Shown: one piece after another, positions 58,943-64,000 of the stretch
Numbering within the stretch: the stretch's first letter is position 1
Layout of the letters: every line of letters starts with the position of its first letter
From: Promethearchaeati archaeon
GTDB lineage: Archaea > Asgardarchaeota > Heimdallarchaeia > Heimdallarchaeales > Heimdallarchaeaceae
Assembly (NCBI GenBank): GCA_013166775.1
Contig: JABLTJ010000012.1
Span: forward strand, 18,132-82,131
Reading direction: 5' to 3'
DNA: 64,000 bases
The notes under the pieces: generated by a model
Seen by the model: only the letters and a program-made list of their open reading frames with translations
The model's database searches: none
Told to the model about the DNA's origin: nothing
Made by a program: the position numbers and the translations under genes

Positions 58943-59836
58943 ATGTCGGATTATGTAATTAAATCATATGATGAATCTTTTTTAAAAAAGCAAGTAGAAA
59001 TAGGAACAATTTATTCAAAGAAATGGTTAACTTTTACACAATCTAACGTAGAAAAACTAAGGCAGATATACTCTCAAGACAACTTTGATTCCGATACTAG
59101 ATTGTATTGCTTCAAAGATAAAGAGATGGTTGGATATATAAGCGCAACTATCATCATCGATGAAGAAAAAAATACCAAAAGAGCTAACACACGTTTAGCT
59201 TTTGTTCTTCCAGGTCATGAAAAGATGTTCTATACCCTTTACTCTCAATTGGAAGAAATACTGAAAGAGAAGGGAGTATCAGTTATCACAACAACTCAAT
59301 CAAAGATGAATGATAATTATTACGAACTCGCTGAGAAAATAGGTTTCATCTATGAGAAAACTAATGTTGAGATTTTTATAGGATCATCTAACTCATTTAA
59401 AGAATTTGAATCAGATTTACCTATCTCTGATTTTAACAGAGAAATTAATTATAATCTTGCATTGAAAAAACTAAAGGAAACATACAAAAACAGCACAGAA
59501 GAAGCACTTACCAATTATCTCAACCTTACAACTACAACACATAAACCAATCTCATTCAGAGTTATGAAAGATGGTGACAAGATCGTAGCTTTCTGCAGAA
59601 CTAGAGTATCCTCAACCGATAGATTCGCTCAAATTGATCTTCTGCTATCTGAGGGTTCGGAGTTTAGAAAACAAATCATTTCAGATGCAATGGTTATTTG
59701 CAAAAATAAAGGGTATGAGGAAGTTGCAGTTCGTTTAAGCATACATGATCAGAATGACATTGAAAATGCAAAAGATTTCGTGTCAGTTGGTTTCGAAAAA
59801 ATAACTATGGAGGATAGACTTGTTAAGAAACTATAA
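58943..59836 (+). CDS. Probable divergent tandem GNAT-fold protein
   Basis: YCFKDKEMVGYI, FVLPGHE, EKIGF / VSVGF endings of two GNAT-like halves. Confidence 0.55.
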   Translation: MSDYVIKSYDESFLKKQVEIGTIYSKKWLTFTQSNVEKLRQIYSQDNFDSDTRLYCFKDKEMVGYISATIIIDEEKNTKRANTRLAFVLPGHEKMFYTLYSQLEEILKEKGVSVITTTQSKMNDNYYELAEKIGFIYEKTNVEIFIGSSNSFKEFESDLPISDFNREINYNLALKKLKETYKNSTEEALTNYLNLTTTTHKPISFRVMKDGDKIVAFCRTRVSSTDRFAQIDLLLSEGSEFRKQIISDAMVICKNKGYEEVAVRLSIHDQNDIENAKDFVSVGFEKITMEDRLVKKL

Positions 59837-59988
59837 TAAGCTATTTATTTTTCTTTTTATTTAAAAACAAAAATAACTTCAGACTTTTTCTTAAACAGAT
59901 TATTGCATAACCTTCCAGGAAAGGTATTAATTCCATTTGTGCAAATTATACAAGTAGTTAATAAGGTAAAAAAAGATAATTTCTAGAT

Positions 59989-60420
59989 GTGAAGAGCTTT
60001 TACCGGAGAAATTTCATCACTTTTGAGTTATTATTGCTTATGTTTTCATCAATTTTTTATATATTATTCATAATGTACTACCCAAGAGCTTATTGTTATT
60101 TACATATTATTGATTTAAATTTGATATTGCCAGCTTCCATTTTTGGTCTAGAATCATTAATAATATCTTTCCTTGTTTTTATGAATGATTTCAAAACTAC
60201 CCCAAAATCTAAGTTTAGAGAATTTACAGCGAATAGGTTAATATTATTTTCTTTAGGTTTGCTTGTCTTTGGAATAACCCTTTATCTTGTTATACGGTCA
60301 GATTGTTATCACAGAATTTCTTTCTCATTTCATATAGTACCATATTTTGTATTTTTATTTTCATTAGTAATCCCATTAATCGTCATTATATTACGAAGAA
60401 GATTCATGAGAGATGAATAA
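59989..60420 (+). CDS. Hypothetical 4-TM membrane protein
   Basis: Four hydrophobic segments; GTG start. Confidence 0.5.
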   Translation: MKSFYRRNFITFELLLLMFSSIFYILFIMYYPRAYCYLHIIDLNLILPASIFGLESLIISFLVFMNDFKTTPKSKFREFTANRLILFSLGLLVFGITLYLVIRSDCYHRISFSFHIVPYFVFLFSLVIPLIVIILRRRFMRDE

Positions 60421-60599
60421 ATAACAAAAAGGTAGGAGCTTTTTAGATGTGTGCTATTTCCAAGGTTTTGAAATTAATATCCCTAACGAGAAGGATGACT
60501 TATCAAGAACCTTACGGATTTTAAGAAGGAAGGTACTTACAAGAAGATATCTCTAAAAACATCAGAAAAAGATATAGGAGTTGAAACGTACACGTTCAA

Positions 60600-61697
60600 T
60601 TGTTGATGAGAGTTAGAAAACGAACTATTGCTATACTTATAATAATTATCTTAAGTACAGTCGTTTTTCTCTTCTTTCCTCCAAAAACATGGAAAATAAA
60701 TCAGATAACAATAGGTGGTGATTTCGGTTTTACAAGATATAAATTTCCTGGTAAAGGAACAGCTGATAATCCCTATATTATAAGAGGATATACGCTAGTA
60801 AATCCAGAAAGAGGATTTACATTTAAAACAGGGATTCATATTTATGGAACAACGAAACATTTCATAATTACTGAATGTATTATTTCTTTCTTCTACAGAG
60901 GGATTAAAATCTATAATGTTAAAGCAGGTACCTGTAATTTAATGAACAACACCATACTTGAAGGGGGGATGTCAGATAGTGGACCCGCACATGGTATTGA
61001 ATTAATGGAGTCAGATGAAGTAATCATATGCAATAACACCATAGATGCTTACTATGATGCTGGAATTAACCTTCACTGGTCAAACAACTGTACAATTGAA
61101 GGAAACAACATTGCTGATTGTTCAAGAGGTATTAGAATTTTGGTTTCATCCAATAACAGAATTTTAAAGAATAATCTTGAAAGAAACCGGTACGGAATTA
61201 CTTTCTATAAATCTAATGACTCACTCCTTTTTGATAATTTTTTTAACAATGAAAATACCAACATTGGATTAAATGGTTATGGAAATAGTATATACAAAAA
61301 TACTTGTTTAAATGCACTTATTGGAATAGAAATTTTAAGTGAAAGCAAAGACTTTGATATTGCATTTAATTACATTTCTAATAATACAGAAGGTATAGTT
61401 TCAGAATGTTATAATTGCTCAATTTACGAAAACAATATTTATCGAAATCTTGTTGGAATATACCTTAAGAGAGACAGCAGAGATACTGTAATATACTTTA
61501 ATAATTTTATAGAAAATTATCCATTGCTAGAATCAAATCAGTCACAAGCTATTGATGTTGGCTTGTTCAATATATGGTATCATCCAATTCTACTTCAAGG
61601 AAATTACTGGAGTAACATTGGAACAAATTCTACTTATTTGATCGGAGGTACAAGAGGTTCTGTAGATAAGTATCCACTCTCAAGTCCCATTGCATAA
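60600..61697 (+). CDS. Right-handed parallel beta-helix (NosD/CASH) protein, membrane-anchored
   Basis: GKGTADNPYII, repeated GIxLxxSxNxxIxxNxI, C-terminal GNYWS...DKYPL. Confidence 0.85.
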   Translation: MLMRVRKRTIAILIIIILSTVVFLFFPPKTWKINQITIGGDFGFTRYKFPGKGTADNPYIIRGYTLVNPERGFTFKTGIHIYGTTKHFIITECIISFFYRGIKIYNVKAGTCNLMNNTILEGGMSDSGPAHGIELMESDEVIICNNTIDAYYDAGINLHWSNNCTIEGNNIADCSRGIRILVSSNNRILKNNLERNRYGITFYKSNDSLLFDNFFNNENTNIGLNGYGNSIYKNTCLNALIGIEILSESKDFDIAFNYISNNTEGIVSECYNCSIYENNIYRNLVGIYLKRDSRDTVIYFNNFIENYPLLESNQSQAIDVGLFNIWYHPILLQGNYWSNIGTNSTYLIGGTRGSVDKYPLSSPIA

Positions 61698-61763
61698 AAA
61701 TAGGCAAAAAATATAAGTTTATGAAACGTAAACAATAGAAATATCTATGGAAAGTCTTTCAGA

Positions 61764-62972
61764 ATGAAAAAAACCACTAAAGTAGCTTTAATATCAATTC
61801 CTACTCTCATTATCATTTTTGTAGTAGGTTTTTGGTTACCAATTTACATACTTAGTCCTCAATTTGGAAAACCTAGAGTCAAGAACATTATTCAAATCTA
61901 TTCTGACACTGATTTCGAAAATTATGATTTTACAGGAACTGGTAATTCTAATGATCCATATATCATCGAAAATCGTGTTCTTGGAGTTAATACATCAGGA
62001 GTTAAGAGAGGGTATTATGGTCTTGATGTTGCTAATACATCTAAATACTTCATTGTTCAGAACTGTACATTTTTTGGTGGATTAAATGCTATTAGATTAG
62101 AAAATATTACAGATGAAACAGTTCTAATAAGAGGTAATAGTTTTTATGCTATAGCACAAAGTGAATGGGATAATCCACAAGGTAGATCAGGAATAGAAAT
62201 AAGAAAAACTAACCAAGTAACTATCAAAAACAATACTTTTGCACCTGCAAACAAATACGTTGATTATTATTATATCTTAACGATTTACAAAGTTAATAAC
62301 GTACTATTTGAAAACAATACATGTGAGGGATGTTTTTTGGACATTAGGAGATCTACAGATGTTCAACTTGTTGGAAATCTTTTCGAAGAAGCCTTCTATT
62401 TTGAAGATCTCTATAATTTAAATTTCGCAAATAATATTTTTTACGGAGAGCATGATTTTATAGAATTTACTAATTGCTCATACTCATTTTTTAAAGAAAA
62501 TATTTTCTACGAAAGAATATCTGTTTGGAAAACTCTACATACTGTTTTGAGTTGTAACCGATTTAATAGCAATAGTGGTCTTCATCTCATTGGTAGTTCT
62601 TATATGGAGATATCCAACAATTCATTTGTATGTACAACAGAAGAAATCTCTACTTACGATGTTGGTATTCTACTCGAAAGAGAAAGTAAGTATTGTATCA
62701 TTCAAGCAAATAGCATTTACAATTTTTCAAATTACGGTATTTATCTGACGGAAGATTCCAATTACAATATAATTTATCACAATTCAATGTTTGATAATTT
62801 TATCATAAATTCTACATCACAAGCGTTTGATGAGTGTTATGGGAATCTTTGGAATAATCCTTCTCTCTTTCAAGGGAATTATTGGTCTAATTTAGGGTTG
62901 AACACGACATATGAAATTGATGGTTCAGCGGGTTCAGTTGATTTATATCCTCTATCTTCTCCCTTGATTTGA
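61764..62972 (+). CDS. Right-handed parallel beta-helix (NosD/CASH) protein, tandem paralog
   Basis: GTGNSNDPYIIEN, PbH1 repeats, GNYWS...DLYPL. Confidence 0.85.
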   Translation: MKKTTKVALISIPTLIIIFVVGFWLPIYILSPQFGKPRVKNIIQIYSDTDFENYDFTGTGNSNDPYIIENRVLGVNTSGVKRGYYGLDVANTSKYFIVQNCTFFGGLNAIRLENITDETVLIRGNSFYAIAQSEWDNPQGRSGIEIRKTNQVTIKNNTFAPANKYVDYYYILTIYKVNNVLFENNTCEGCFLDIRRSTDVQLVGNLFEEAFYFEDLYNLNFANNIFYGEHDFIEFTNCSYSFFKENIFYERISVWKTLHTVLSCNRFNSNSGLHLIGSSYMEISNNSFVCTTEEISTYDVGILLERESKYCIIQANSIYNFSNYGIYLTEDSNYNIIYHNSMFDNFIINSTSQAFDECYGNLWNNPSLFQGNYWSNLGLNTTYEIDGSAGSVDLYPLSSPLI

Positions 62973-63036
62973 TTTTATTTTTAAATCAATGATTATGAAC
63001 AGACAAGCTTAAATTGAGAGAGAAGTACTCAAAATT

Positions 63037-63864
63037 GTGTTAGATTTAATACAACTTAGAGCTGTTTGTAAAGACCCTTTTCATCTTCTTACATCTAAAG
63101 ATGGTACTGAACTTTTTCTTCGAGAATGGAAGGCAACCAAAATGTCTACAACAGCCTTTCTCATTTTCCACGGAATTACTGCACATAGCGGATTATATGG
63201 CATGATTGGTAAGCGTCTCTCAGAGATGGGGTATTCCGCATATGCTCTAGATTTGAGGGGACATGGATTATCAGAGGGCCCTCGTGGTGATTATGTTAGC
63301 AAGAACAAACTCTCTGAAGACATCGAAGCAGCTCTTGACTTCATTAAGTCAAAACATGAAAAAATAGTTTTAATTGGACATAGTCTAGGAGTTGTTACTA
63401 GTGCTATTACAATAAATCTATTCCCAGAGCTAGTAAGTGGTTTAATTTTTCTAAGTGCAGCAAGAGAGGTGAGAGAAGGAGCTTATGCAAAAAGAGCATT
63501 TACAACAACAATTAAGATCCTATTTTGGTCTATCTTTAAACCCAGCAAACCAGTAATCCACTATTACCGCGAAGGGATGCGAGGGAAGGGAGATCCGCAA
63601 TTCAATTTTTACTATACACTTAGATTCTTAAAAACAATTAATCCAAATAATTTTGTTCTACCGGAAAAGATGACATATCCAATTTTTGTTGGTGTGGGGG
63701 AGAGTGATGAATTATTCTCAATTGAATCCACAAAAGCGTTTTTTGAAGAAATTCCTAGTGAAACCAAGGAATTTGCGATACTTCCTGGTGCAAAGCATGC
63801 TCATTTCGAAAAGAACAGCTTTGATCCATTGTTTAATTGGATAAAAAACACATTTAATATATAG
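63037..63864 (+). CDS. Alpha/beta hydrolase (lysophospholipase/monoacylglycerol lipase-like)
   Basis: FHGITAH, DLRGHGLS, GHSLG nucleophile, GESDEL, GAKH. Confidence 0.9.
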   Translation: MLDLIQLRAVCKDPFHLLTSKDGTELFLREWKATKMSTTAFLIFHGITAHSGLYGMIGKRLSEMGYSAYALDLRGHGLSEGPRGDYVSKNKLSEDIEAALDFIKSKHEKIVLIGHSLGVVTSAITINLFPELVSGLIFLSAAREVREGAYAKRAFTTTIKILFWSIFKPSKPVIHYYREGMRGKGDPQFNFYYTLRFLKTINPNNFVLPEKMTYPIFVGVGESDELFSIESTKAFFEEIPSETKEFAILPGAKHAHFEKNSFDPLFNWIKNTFNI

Positions 63865-64000
63865 TTTCAATTTAAATTACTGGTCAAACTTAGGCTATCA
63901 CAAACAATGGATGAAATTCTGTTTCCCTATCACCTGAAAGAAAAACTTTCCCAAACTTTTCATATTTCTTTTTCATTTCTCAATCCTCATGTAAGGCGGC

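Noticed and set aside
1988-62085. Numerous short ORFs antisense to or nested in longer genes (e.g. 1988, 4762, 5019, 10096, 19663, 31092, 53799, 56228, 57931, 61864)
   Set aside because: They overlap well-supported genes and have no motifs of their own
63890-64000. Window-end sequence (…ATTTCTCAATCCTCATGTAAGGCGGC) resembling a CRISPR repeat end, and a 28-aa minus-strand ORF preceded by an in-frame TGA
   Set aside because: Single copy truncated by the window edge, no cas genes or second repeat visible; too short to interpret
1-64000. rRNA, tRNA, CRISPR arrays, IS elements, integrases
   Set aside because: No GC-rich structured RNA-like segments, spaced direct repeats or transposase/integrase motifs were seen by eye; a covariance-model scan would be needed to exclude small RNAs

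Overview
AT-rich (roughly 30% GC by eye), gene-dense prokaryotic window. It is most consistent with an Asgard archaeon (Heimdallarchaeia-like; this is an inference). Among ordinary transport and metabolic genes (nhaA, corA, MscS, ABC exporters, pgk, Dus, class-V aminotransferase, GNATs, SDR epimerases) it encodes several eukaryote-signature-type proteins: a two-domain gelsolin, a short alpha3 'face-to-face'-type histone, a PARP-type zinc-finger protein, a stand-alone longin-like protein, a TPR-longin protein and a roadblock-like domain fused to a long helical rod. I recognise no rRNA, tRNA, CRISPR array or transposase. The most interesting observations are: (i) the roadblock-rod protein, built from five ~86-aa helical repeats with UVR-like turns and apparently co-transcribed with an ArsB/NhaD-family transporter; (ii) a gelsolin with two WH2-like LKK/LRKT motifs and a basic-aromatic C-terminal tail that could tether actin to the membrane; (iii) a four-member family of beta-propeller + FnIII + TM surface proteins sharing a conserved E..G..Q transmembrane motif, one copy collapsed from 7 to 2 blades and frameshifted; (iv) a PadR regulator split by a ~95-aa insertion, with a perfect 10-bp operator-like palindrome upstream. 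Three genes between 41 and 57 kb are broken by single lesions (two frameshifts, one in-frame TGA). All calls come from reading motifs by eye; no database search was run.
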